A DNA stretch of 64,000 nucleotides, taken from Minutocellus sp. GHC0000111. Taxonomy: Eukaryota. The stretch spans positions 372,001 to 436,000 of the forward strand of contig OZ361256.1 of NCBI GenBank assembly GCA_977018835.1. Direction: 5' to 3'. How positions within the stretch are numbered: the first letter of the stretch is position 1; every line of letters starts with the position of its first letter. The translations under genes were made by a program, and so were the position numbers. The notes beneath the pieces were generated by a model. It worked only from the letters and a program-made list of their open reading frames with translations, had not been told where the DNA came from and did not search any database. This document shows, one piece after another, positions 1-10,300 of the stretch.

Positions 1-1062
1 TGGAACTACTGGTGCTTCAAATCCCTGCTGGTATATAGTCGGACTGCCCCCCTGGCCACCCACGCCGACTGACCAGCTTTCCAATGCGCAAGTGGCATGG
101 ACCCATTTCGGTGGCAGGTGCATCACTTCTCCCGCCTCTTGTATACAGGCCTGAGCACCCTTGGGAATATCCGCTCTCCCCGTCAGATAATCACACCCAT
201 TGACTCTGGGCCCAATGGCCTTGTCCTTTGTACGCGGCGGCAAAAGAAACCAGAGGCGTGATCCAGCAACCTGTCCCAACCACGCGGCATCGTGATGATG
301 AAATGGATAGGAGGATCCCTGCTCCATGGCCGAAAATACTTGAAAGCGAGCTTTCCTGCCCGACCATGCTGGATGATTCTTCAGCGGCTGTGGAAGATCA
401 TAATCCGATTCGACGGCATCAATAAATGTTGGATTCTCGTAGTCATTGGTAAAGAATAGCAAATCGTCCTTCATCTCTCGAGAGGCATTCCCATTTTCAT
501 CATTTGCAAATAGTTCCTCCATGATCTTGGTCAATGTAGCCGTGCTGGCCGTGCACTGTTTGCCCTCTCCATCTTTCAGTGGCTGGACATCACCTCTCTT
601 GGCATACTGAGGATGTGATCCATTCCTGGCAGTGAATTTGGTTCGATCGCTCCACAACGATAGGGCTGGTGGCTCCCAATTGCTCAGTATGGTCGGTCTC
701 TTCTTGTTCCTGAGAGCCCTGCCGCCACGGCCGTTGTCGGTCAGAGACTGACGAATGGCCGAGCACGATGGTAGCTTTGATGCTGCGTCGGGATGCAGAT
801 TGAGTAGACTTCGCGGGTTACTTGCTGAGCTACTAGAGCCACCTGAGGCATCCACTCGAAGTCGTTTGTCGGCACTACCGCTACCGCTACGAGCACTTTT
901 TGTGCTTCCTTTCTCGTGCTCACTTTCCGACGACTGCTGAACGTACAGAATCGCCAAGGCCAAGAGAACGAAGCACGATATGCATCGATTCGGCGAGGAG
1001 GTAAATGTGCGCACCAGCCAGCTGCTGGTGCCGTTGCGAGGGTTGGGGTGGGGGACCCTCAT
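1..1062 (-). CDS. JmjC-domain (JMJD8-like) 2-oxoglutarate/Fe(II) oxygenase with N-terminal membrane anchor; 3' end lies outside the window
   Basis: Absent from the ORF track because no stop falls inside the window. Hand translation from ATG 1062 is open to base 1: MRVPHPNPRNG...CISCFVLLALAILYVQQ (TM/signal anchor)...FSAMEQGSSYPFHHHDAAWLGQVAGSRLWFLLPP...ACIQEAGEVMHLPPKWVHATCAL. These are JmjC/cupin motifs with the HxH metal-ligand pattern of JMJD8. Confidence 0.85.
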   Translation of the reverse strand, partial: MRVPHPNPRNGTSSWLVRTFTSSPNRCISCFVLLALAILYVQQSSESEHEKGSTKSARSGSGSADKRLRVDASGGSSSSASNPRSLLNLHPDAASKLPSCSAIRQSLTDNGRGGRALRNKKRPTILSNWEPPALSLWSDRTKFTARNGSHPQYAKRGDVQPLKDGEGKQCTASTATLTKIMEELFANDENGNASREMKDDLLFFTNDYENPTFIDAVESDYDLPQPLKNHPAWSGRKARFQVFSAMEQGSSYPFHHHDAAWLGQVAGSRLWFLLPPRTKDKAIGPRVNGCDYLTGRADIPKGAQACIQEAGEVMHLPPKWVHATCALESWSVGVGGQGGSPTIYQQGFEAPVVP

Positions 1063-1957
1063 GGTGCAGGCAGATACCACCGATGAAGAAATCATCAAGA
1101 GCAGGTGGTGCGGTACGTACGTACCTGTGCTTGCCGTGCCGTGCTGTGCTACCTAGGTAGGCCTACATGTAGACTAGCTAGTGCTGCACGTAGGCCGGTG
1201 TTTGTGCAAGTGCGCTCATTCACAGCACAATCTGCCAGCCGGATGACTCGCATACTTTTGGTCGCACTTTCGGTGGCCGGCCGGCGCGCGAAGCAACCGA
1301 CCGGCGCGCCCAACGCGAGCCACCATGGCGGCAAAAATTCAAATTGCCGCCGCTACGTGCAGAACGAAGGCGATGTCTCGCGCTGGTGTGGGAGAATTAC
1401 GGCACGAGACCAACCAGGCACTCCCGACATCCTGGTGATGTTCCCGTTGGTCTCGATCCACAACTCTCCATGAGCAAAAAACCAACGGCCGCAATCCCGC
1501 GGTCAACACCGCAGACAGAATTGCGGTGCAGGACGCCCTGGCTGAACCACTCGTCCGTCTTCGCAGAAAGGAACTTCATTGCTACAATTTCATCGTCAAC
1601 AACAACGACTCCTTGATGAATGTGTTGGGATGCAGTCCCATCATGCACGGCGCCGTCATGTGCACTGCGGGCATCTTGGGTTTGAAGAAGAAGAAACACG
1701 AAGACTGCGATGTGTTTTTGTGAGGACACAACCAGAGAATGGATGGGATGAAATGGCATCAAGACACTGCCTTGCCGACGACGTTCAGCGAACCCCATGC
1801 AAAAGAGCATGTTTGTTCGCCTCGGTTCTGTCAATCCTCGTGCAGCCGACGCTCTCCATGATGATGGATGGATGGATGGCTTTCGACATGGTCACGGTCG
1901 AGCAACAATTTAACCTCGAAATGCCGCCGCCGCGGCTCAATTTGACGAAGGCATGTA

Positions 1958-3112
1958 ATGCATTCCTCAAGTCGGTCGCACCACATGCATCGGTGGGACA
2001 TGCGGCGATGGACTACGAAATCAACAGGCAGATGCTGCTCGAGGCCCAGAAGTTCCCTGGTGGGTGTAATGGCCAGGCAGGACGATGGGTGGGACAATGA
2101 CGACGATGTTGGGACGGTGGGCACCCTGACCACGACGGAGGCCGGCGAGATCAGTGAGGACGATGACGACGAAGACGAGGACTATGTGCCCTGTTATGAG
2201 GACGAAGCTGACATTGCAAGAGAGGACGCTACACATGAAGCACACATGCAGCAGTGCTTTGAGAAGAGTCGTCAGAAGCACGGTGATGGCGAGCCAGAGA
2301 TGGGAGCTGTCGATGATGCCGAGGATGACGACGCCCCTCACTTCCATTTCCTGAAAAAGGCCGGCATTGAGGCGGCCGACTCAGGTAAAATAAGGGCAGT
2401 GCTGGCAGAATGCTGGAGAGCTTTATCTGTTAATGTTTCTGATGGCGGCAACAACAAGAAGAAACCAAGGACAATAGAGTTCATCCACCATGACACCTCC
2501 ACCAAAGGAACTCTCCTAGAGCACAATCGCGAGGAAGATGGCATGACGGATGACGACATCAAAGAGCTCTGCAAAGCTTGCTCTAATTTGCTCCACACTC
2601 TTGACGCAACATGTTCCAGGTTTCTGAAATGGCACATGAAATGGGATGATGAGGCAAAGAAGGCTGTGAGAGAGCTTGAAGCATTGATTGCAAGTGCCCT
2701 CAAGCAAGCACGGGCAATCGGTGTTAGCATGACGCCCAAGTGGCACTTACTCGAAGATCACATCTTGGACCAACACATTTGGCTAGTGAAGAATGGATGG
2801 GGCGGCATCTATTGGCTCGACGAATCGTTTGTAGAGCGAGCCCACCAAGAGGGCGTTAAGGAAGATCGTCGGACTCAGGGCGTCAAGGGACATGAGGCCC
2901 AACAGACGGCGCAGTTCAAGGCTGAGGAGAGGGCATCCAATCCAAAGGTCGAGGAGAGGCGGGAGCGAAACTCTCGGGTGGCAAGAACAAGGAAAAGGAC
3001 AAGGACCGAAGCTGTTAAAGCAGAAACTGATGACAAGCGCCAACAAATGATCATGATGGCCACCGATGGAGATGAGGATGTAGAGATGGGAGCAGGGCAT
3101 GCACAAAATTAG
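1958..3112 (+). mobile_element. Decayed DNA transposase, C-terminal part (Chapaev/Transib-RAG1-like DDE family)
   Basis: SMTPKWHLLEDH...GGIYWLDESFVERAHQ matches the K-x-H-x(3-4)-H...G...E-x-x-x-E-x-x-H C-terminal catalytic signature of this superfamily. Upstream sequence (1470-1950) is fragmented, and no core DDE/CxxC region is visible. Confidence 0.55.
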
Positions 3113-3854
3113 AAAATGAAATTACACTGCTACTACACAATAACAAATGAATTGCACAACAATCCAACTTTTACAAACAGTGTCGCGATTGAGCAAAAAA
3201 GTAAATAGTACACCCAAACAAACACATCACGTCCTTCTTAACTCACCCATTTATCTCCCAGACCAAAAAGTCCCTTTGTCGGGTTGATTGTTGCATAAAC
3301 TTATCCCAATACTATCTGTCTCTCCTCGGGCGCAAAATTATTGTCTCGGAATTCCGGGAGGTCGAGTGGGGATGCGATCGGTCGGGATCAGCGAGAGTCG
3401 GTCATACGGGGGGTGCGGCGCAATCCCGGCAGTTTATCATCAACAACAACGTGGGAAAGGACCAGAGGGTCTGGGGCATCACAACGGGAGCACGACGAGC
3501 ACAAAGACGGAGCAATGGCACCACCCCAGAGAACCGAACGGCGGCCGACAGATGATGGAGGAAAAGTAGGCCGATGGTTCGTGGCGTTGATACGCAGCGG
3601 AGGCCAATCTGAGGATACAGTAAGCTTCAACTATATCCAAACATGATAATGAATGCGTATTTGGTACGAAAATATAGTTATACGCCGGCGCAACGCCGAC
3701 GGACCACCATGGTGTTGGACGGTCAAAGAATGGGTGACGAACGAGATTGGGTTTTGGTGGGTTTCTTCGTGACGTGTTCGTCTTCTGCCGAAAAACGCTT
3801 CATCCGACCGGCGAAACAAGACGAGATGGGGCTGTGCATTCTTCGGCCACCACC

Positions 3855-5006
3855 ATGGTCGCCTCGGCGTCGGCCGTCGCTGAGCGCAGCAGACACAGCC
3901 GCAAACGCAGACGCCCAGCATGGTTCACAATCGCAGCAGCGGTTTCCATTGCCGCCGTCATACTTCTGCTCCAATTCGGAGACATCCGGAGACATGTGAA
4001 TGTAACCGGCAAACGTCGAGCGAAAGGGCGCTCCTCGTCCTTGTCTGGTCGGCAGATGAGCAACAATCGGCAGGGTCAGGATCATTCCTCGGGGGCTAAT
4101 GGGGAGAATGCCAATGGCGACAGCACCACGTACTACGCCCGAATCATGTACGAAAGGGAGATGAGCACATTGATCAGAAACATTCTGGCGCCAGCCAATG
4201 AGGAGTTTGGGCAGTACCAGCAGCTGGGCCTCTCGCAGGGTCTGTCCATGATGAACCGCGACATGCTGCGAGGACTCAAGCGGCAGGTCGAGGCGGTCGT
4301 CGACGCCGGCATTGATGGGGACGTGTACGAATTCGGTTCGTGGAGGGGCGGGGCGTCCATCTTAATGGCCAGAGTGTTCGATGCATACGAACGGTATCGG
4401 ATTGGTAATAATGAGGGGTCGTCTACTGGTACCAATAGCAGTAGCAACGATGCCGCAACACATGATGAGCACTACCAGACAAAGAGAATGTTCTATGTGT
4501 TTGATACCTTTGATGGATTTCTGGATAAGCAGGTATCCAATGACACGCTGCTGCAAGACCTGCTGCTGGACAAGTATTGGGTGGCACCGCTGGACAGTGT
4601 GCGGAGATCCTTTGTCAAATTGACCTCGCAAGGCTTTGTCGATTCCAATGTCCGTTTTGTCAAGGGATTATTTGAGGACACTGTACCCAACTTTGCTTCC
4701 AATGGTGGTCCCAACCGAGGCAGCATTGCTCTGCTTCGTCTCGATGGAGATCTATACGAGTCTACTCGAGTCGTTCTAGAGCACATGTATGACAATGTTG
4801 CAGTTGGGGGGCATGTCATTGTCGATGATTACGATTGGAGACCCGAAAATTGGGCAAAGGGCGGCGACCAGAACGAAACCAAGACAGACCGCAGGATATG
4901 CAAGGAGGCTGTTGAAGAATTTCGTCTCGAGCGCAACATCCAATCTCCAATCACGAGGGAGTATGCTCGTCCTTCGTGGACGAAGGAGGCGGGGGAGGAA
5001 GAGTAG
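3855..5006 (+). CDS. TylF/NovP (macrocin O-methyltransferase family) SAM-dependent methyltransferase, type II membrane anchored
   Basis: Motifs GDVYEFGSWRGGAS, VFDTFDG, FVKGLFEDT and IALLRLDGDLYESTRVVLEHMY...GGHVIVDDY. The first ATG (3855) is followed by a basic tail and TM helix (RKRRRPAWFTIAAAVSIAAVILLL). Confidence 0.9.
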   Translation: MVASASAVAERSRHSRKRRRPAWFTIAAAVSIAAVILLLQFGDIRRHVNVTGKRRAKGRSSSLSGRQMSNNRQGQDHSSGANGENANGDSTTYYARIMYEREMSTLIRNILAPANEEFGQYQQLGLSQGLSMMNRDMLRGLKRQVEAVVDAGIDGDVYEFGSWRGGASILMARVFDAYERYRIGNNEGSSTGTNSSSNDAATHDEHYQTKRMFYVFDTFDGFLDKQVSNDTLLQDLLLDKYWVAPLDSVRRSFVKLTSQGFVDSNVRFVKGLFEDTVPNFASNGGPNRGSIALLRLDGDLYESTRVVLEHMYDNVAVGGHVIVDDYDWRPENWAKGGDQNETKTDRRICKEAVEEFRLERNIQSPITREYARPSWTKEAGEEE

Positions 5007-5951
5007 GTTCAGAGCGACAATGTTGCCATGCTCACGAATGACACCTCTCCCATCGTATTCGTACACCTCGGTAAGACGGCAGGATCCACCATTACATGCC
5101 AGCTCTCTCCGGCAGTGTGGAATTCAGGAAAGGGTGACTCGGGCTGTGACGATGCTGATGCTTCGGGGGCTGCAAGTAGCAATGCATCGTCAGAAATTGT
5201 TCGGCGAGTGGTTGAGCGAGTGCATCTCGAACCAGCTCAGGTGGATAGCGTGTACCACAATCACCTTGTTACCGCACGAAATCCCATCGATCGGGTTATA
5301 TCGGGCTTCTATTACATGCATCCCGATTATCCACCGGTGAAGAAGGCCCATCACAAACGCTATTGCCAAAATTTTGCCCTATTTGAATGCTGGAATACCA
5401 TTCAATCGTTGGCTGAGGATGGCCTTTCGTTGCCGATGCGGACCTCCAATCATTTGCATTCGACCAAGCAGACAGATGAAGAATGTAGGGCCTGGGCATG
5501 GGATTATGTCAGGGGCACAAGGCACTGTTTTCACAACTATTGGAACTATTATCGAACGTATGGTGAGTTGCTGGATCAGCACGAACAAGGAAAGGCACAA
5601 TAAAAAAAGGGGAACAGTCCGGAACGAAACCAAATCTTTGTCATTAGAACCGAACACGCCGTCGATGATTGGAATAACATCGACAAATTATTGGGAGGAA
5701 ATGGTACGATGGGGACTTTTGTCGAGACCAAAAACAACTTTGCCGAGAGCATAGCGCATGGGCCGAACAAAACTCTATCATTGGACGGTAGGAAAAATTT
5801 GTGTCGGGCACTGTGTGATGAAATCCAACTTTACAAGCGGCTATTGAATTCCGCCACAAATTTGGACGCGAAGATGAAGCAAGCATCAATGGATGAGTTG
5901 CTGCGCTCATGCCCCAATGAACTTCGTGAAGTACGAGATTGTATAATGTAG
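5007..5951 (+). pseudogene. PAPS-dependent sulfotransferase domain in frame with the TylF ORF, interrupted by an in-frame TAA at 5601-5603
   Basis: 5'-PSB motif FVHLGKTAGST and 3'-PB motif ARNPIDRVISGFYY. After the TAA the same frame continues IFVIRTEHAVDDW...LCDEIQLYKRLL to TAG 5951. Reading frame is the same as 3747..5006. Confidence 0.75.
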
Positions 5952-6073
5952 ATAGAACTATTGGCAAAGGGGAGATTATAAATAATATGGGTCAATTATT
6001 CCTCTTTCTTGATATTTCTATACCACGGCTCTTGCTGGTGGGGGTAGTTTTCCATTAGAATGCACCATCCCTC

Positions 6074-7017
6074 TTAGAGAGGTTTTTCGAGCTCCTCCCC
6101 GATACCAGATAGATCAGAAAAGCCTTGGCTTGCGAAGAAACGAAATTCATACTCTTCATCAATTTCAGTAACATGAAACATGACTCCGAAGATTCCAAAG
6201 AACTCCTCGCTATAAAACTTTTCCATTGCCTTGACAAGTTTGCTCCCGTACCCATTGTGACGCCACTCCTTGGCGACCTCGAGAAGCTGAATAGTAGGAC
6301 CACCACTCGAAAGGTTGGAATTCTTGTAAGTACAAAGAGATTTGGCGATGATCTTAGTGCCCACTTTCATCTCGAAGAGGGTGGTGATAGAGCTCGGGTC
6401 CTCGGCTTTGTTGCCACTGCGTCGGTGACAGTGAGATTACTCGCCGCATCAACTGTTTCGGTGACTTCTTTGTGGGCAATAAAAGCGGGAATGCAGAACT
6501 CGTCTGATTCCACTATGTACTTCATAGCAAACGCCTTGCTCTCCTCCGTCATGCAGCGGATATAAATCCACTGACAGGCGGCGGTAACCACAAAGGCTGC
6601 GCTCTTACTTTTGGGTTCGAAGACTGTATGCGCTTCGTAATAATTGTCCTCGAGGAAGTCTCGCTCTTCTTCTTCCTCGTCTGAATATTCGTCACCATCC
6701 CAGCGGGGGAGATTCTTCGGTGGAAGGTTGCACCGGTACCCGTGAGCTCTCATTATATCGATGGCGGCCTTGACCAAATGTCCACCGTCCTCGATGTGTT
6801 CAATATTGTAGCCGTCCTTGGCCGGGCGAAATCCCGGTCCCATGAGCGTGGAGACCCCTGGTCTAGGATTCAAGTCGGCCGCATCGACCCAGTTCAGATC
6901 ACCAAAAGTCGCCGGAGTTGTACTCGATGGATTAGGGACGACAGAACGGCTGACTCTACTGGCTGAGCCACTGGCAGCGCCGAATGCAGCCCGCAAAATC
7001 CAAGGTGGATTGGACAT
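6074..7017 (-). CDS. GNAT-family acetyltransferase domain protein, split by a frameshift near 6370-6450
   Basis: The C-terminal part has LEVAKEWRHNGYGSKL (acetyl-CoA motif A) and FFASQGF. The two track ORFs overlap at ATGA, and the second frame is already open upstream (SGNKAEDPSSITTLFEMK). Confidence 0.65.
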
Positions 7018-7366
7018 GATAAGTTTGCTTTCAATGGAGATCGTGATTTATTCGTGTAAGGCGGCGTGAATTGTGTGCGCTCTTCGTGTTGTGAGCTCCT
7101 TGTATCTCGCTCAAAGCTTCTCCTCTGAGCGTTGAGCAGAGAGAGGTAAGCTCGCCACATTTTTCTTATTCCTGCCATTGTATGTGAAACATGTCAATGA
7201 CAAAGAGGGTCGCTGAGGATCGTTCTTTCCCATTCTAAATGAACTCCTTGTATCCTTCCTTGATAATGGGATGACTGATCTCTGCGTTATTTACCTGTAG
7301 TTAATACTCTCTCTAGCTAGACTTTCTACTACGTGCTAACTATGTGACAACGTAGTAGGAATTGCG

Positions 7367-10300
7367 CTACTTCGCCCCCTCCGACTCGTCCGCTTTGGAT
7401 TCTCCCAGCAGCAAAAGCGCAATTTCTCGATGCCCGGCGAGGTTGATGATGAGCTGATTGGTCTCGTCGTATCCAAGTGCCATCATAATCTCTAGACCTT
7501 CTTCCCAGCTCTCTACAGCGCCACGGAGGTCGTTCGAATTGCCCTTGGCGATGCCATAGTTCTCCAGAGTCGTTGCAACTTCCACGCTCTCCGGGCCATA
7601 CTCAAGCTTCTGGATTCGCATGCATTCCTGGTAGGTTAGAATGGCATCGTCATACTCCTGGTTCTTGTCGTAAGCAACACCAATGGCAAAGAGGCACGTA
7701 GCGACGTCGGGGTGGTCCTTGCCGAGATTCTTGACCCGGATTCTGAGAGCATCTTGAAGGAGGTCCATTGCCTTTTCGAATTGTTCATGACGACCAAGCA
7801 TGAGGGCCATGTGACACTGAACATTGGCAACATTCAGGTGGTCCTCTCCCTGTAGACTGCGGTAAAGATGGATAGATCGGTCGTACAAATTGATTGCCTC
7901 TCGCTCGTCTCCGATCATGTCATCGACGTTGGCAAATTTGAAGAGCGTCGAGGCCAGTTCCAGATAATCGTCGTGCAGATCAACATCGTCGAGGAACTCC
8001 TTGGACGCCACGTCCGGGAGGAGGCTGTCAAGGATCTTGACAGAGTTCATGTACCACTCTCTCGCAGCATCCAGATTTCCAATCTTTTCGTAAATCATGG
8101 CTTTGATACTGCTGCACTTGGCAACGCCAACATGATTGTTGATTTGCTTCATCTTGAACGTTCGCAAGGCATCGTCGACACAAGCTTTGGCTTTTTCGGT
8201 CTCATCCTCGGCAACAAGAGCGGCGGCCAAATCGAGAAGATATTCGGCGGCTTCCTCGCTGTCGGACCCAAAGGCTTTCCTGGCGATCTCAAGCGCTTCT
8301 TCAAAGCAAAGGACGGCTGAATCGGGCTCGCCAAGGGCACTGTGGACCTTTCCAATCAGGGTGAGAACCTTTGCCACATCAATGTGTTCTTCGCCCAACG
8401 CTCTCTTCCTGGCATTCAAAGAATCTTTCAATCTAGACATGGCCTTCTCGTAATCCTGCATTGATTCTGTGAAAGGTCAATGTGGAGAGAGGAGGAGAAA
8501 CGATTCCAGAAGCAATGTGTGGATGTAAGAGGAATTCCAAATAAATGGGACATCGTCATCCAAGAGGCAATACACGGGCAATTGCCTTACCGTAAATCGC
8601 ACCGAGGAGGTAAGATGCGCTGCCGACGCTAATGTGGAACTTTCCACGGATGCGCATGAGTGTGGAACAGGCTCGCTCGAGGTAGGGCAGTGCGTTCTCG
8701 TACTCCCGCCATGCAAAGAGAATGGTACCGAGCGTGAGCATTGAATCGGCAATGTCCTCCTCTGGCACACCAGGGATTGCTTCACGCAATCGCAACGCTT
8801 CAACGACGGCGTCGTGAGCCTGGGTGTAGTGACCCCCGCGAAGAAAAGAATCGCTGATACTCTGGATACATCTAGCAACTTGAGAGCTCTCATGGCCCAC
8901 AGATTCTTGGTAGCACGCCAGACACTTCTCGTAGTATGAGAGCGCTTGTTCATGCTCGCCCATGCGATCGTAAATGGAGGCCTGTCCCCAAATGATATCC
9001 GCGAGGTCGACGGCCGGTCTTTCGCTAGCTGCAGGACCAAGGCATGCCCTCCGGACATCCAATGCCCTATGATAAATGTGCATTGCCCGTTGGTCGTCGT
9101 CTTCCTTGGACATGACAATTGCAGCCTTGTTACTCAGGGCCTTGGCCACGGAAAGCTTCGGCTCGGCATCCATCGCGACGTACATTCGAATGCTTTCACT
9201 GTAGCAAAATATGGCCTTCTTGTCGGCGTTGAGGAGGTCGTGAACAGAGCCAAGATCGAAGTAGCTCGAAGCAATTTCGTCAGCCTCCTTCCCACTGAGC
9301 TGAAGTCTGACCACGAGGCTGTCCTCGAAGCAACGCAGGGCCTCTGTGTAGTCTCGCTTCGTTCTCAGTAAGGCGCTGCAGTCGCAGTCAATGAGGGTGA
9401 AGGTAGCGAGAAGCACAAGGTGAGCAAATAAGTATGAGAACAGAACGATCTTCAGCGACGAAAAGTTATAGAGCTGACAATATATAAATGGGATGAAAAA
9501 TGAAAAATACTCACCCAAGTTTGGCAAGCGTTTTTGCGACGTTGGCGCTCTCGCGCCCCTCGAGATTCATTCGAACGCGGAGGCATTCCCTGTAGCACCG
9601 CTCGGCCTTCTCGATATCATTGCAGCTGTAGCAAATGTCACCTACATCCTGCATGATGGAAGCAATCTTCGGGTTGTCCGCCATCGAGATCTGCTTTAGG
9701 ATCAAAAGCGATCGCTCGTAGCACTTAACAGAGGCTGTGTAGTCTTCGAGGAGTTTGTAGGCGGTTCCCATTTGGAAATCAATATCAGCAATGTCGGAAT
9801 GGTCTTCCTCGAGCATTTCACAGGTGAGGTCGTGAGCCTTGGCAAGGCACTTGATCGCCTTCTCGGCTTCTCCGCCCTCGTTGAAGCACACTCCCATGTT
9901 AAATAGCAAGTTCCCAATTGTGATGTGTCGATCACCGTATATCTTCTTGTAAATTGTCAAGCTTTCGGCATAGGAGGCGATTGCTTGTGGGAAATTCCTA
10001 CGGATTCCCTCACATATACCCCTCCGATGAAGCAACGAAGCCAACTGCTCCGCATCGGAGCCAAAAATCTTCCGAACCAGCGCCATCGCCCCGTCAAAGC
10101 ACGCCATGAGGTCGTTTGACGTTTCGGACGAGTCTTGAATACCAACCGCCATCATAATTCGAATGGCCTCGGTGTAATTAGATAGAGCAGCCTTCTCATC
10201 TCTGCCGCCACCCCGCTTCGCCTGTGCACGTGCGAGGCATTTATGGGTCAATGCGACGTCGTAGTCATCGCCAAAATGAGCCTTTTGAATCTTCAGGGCC

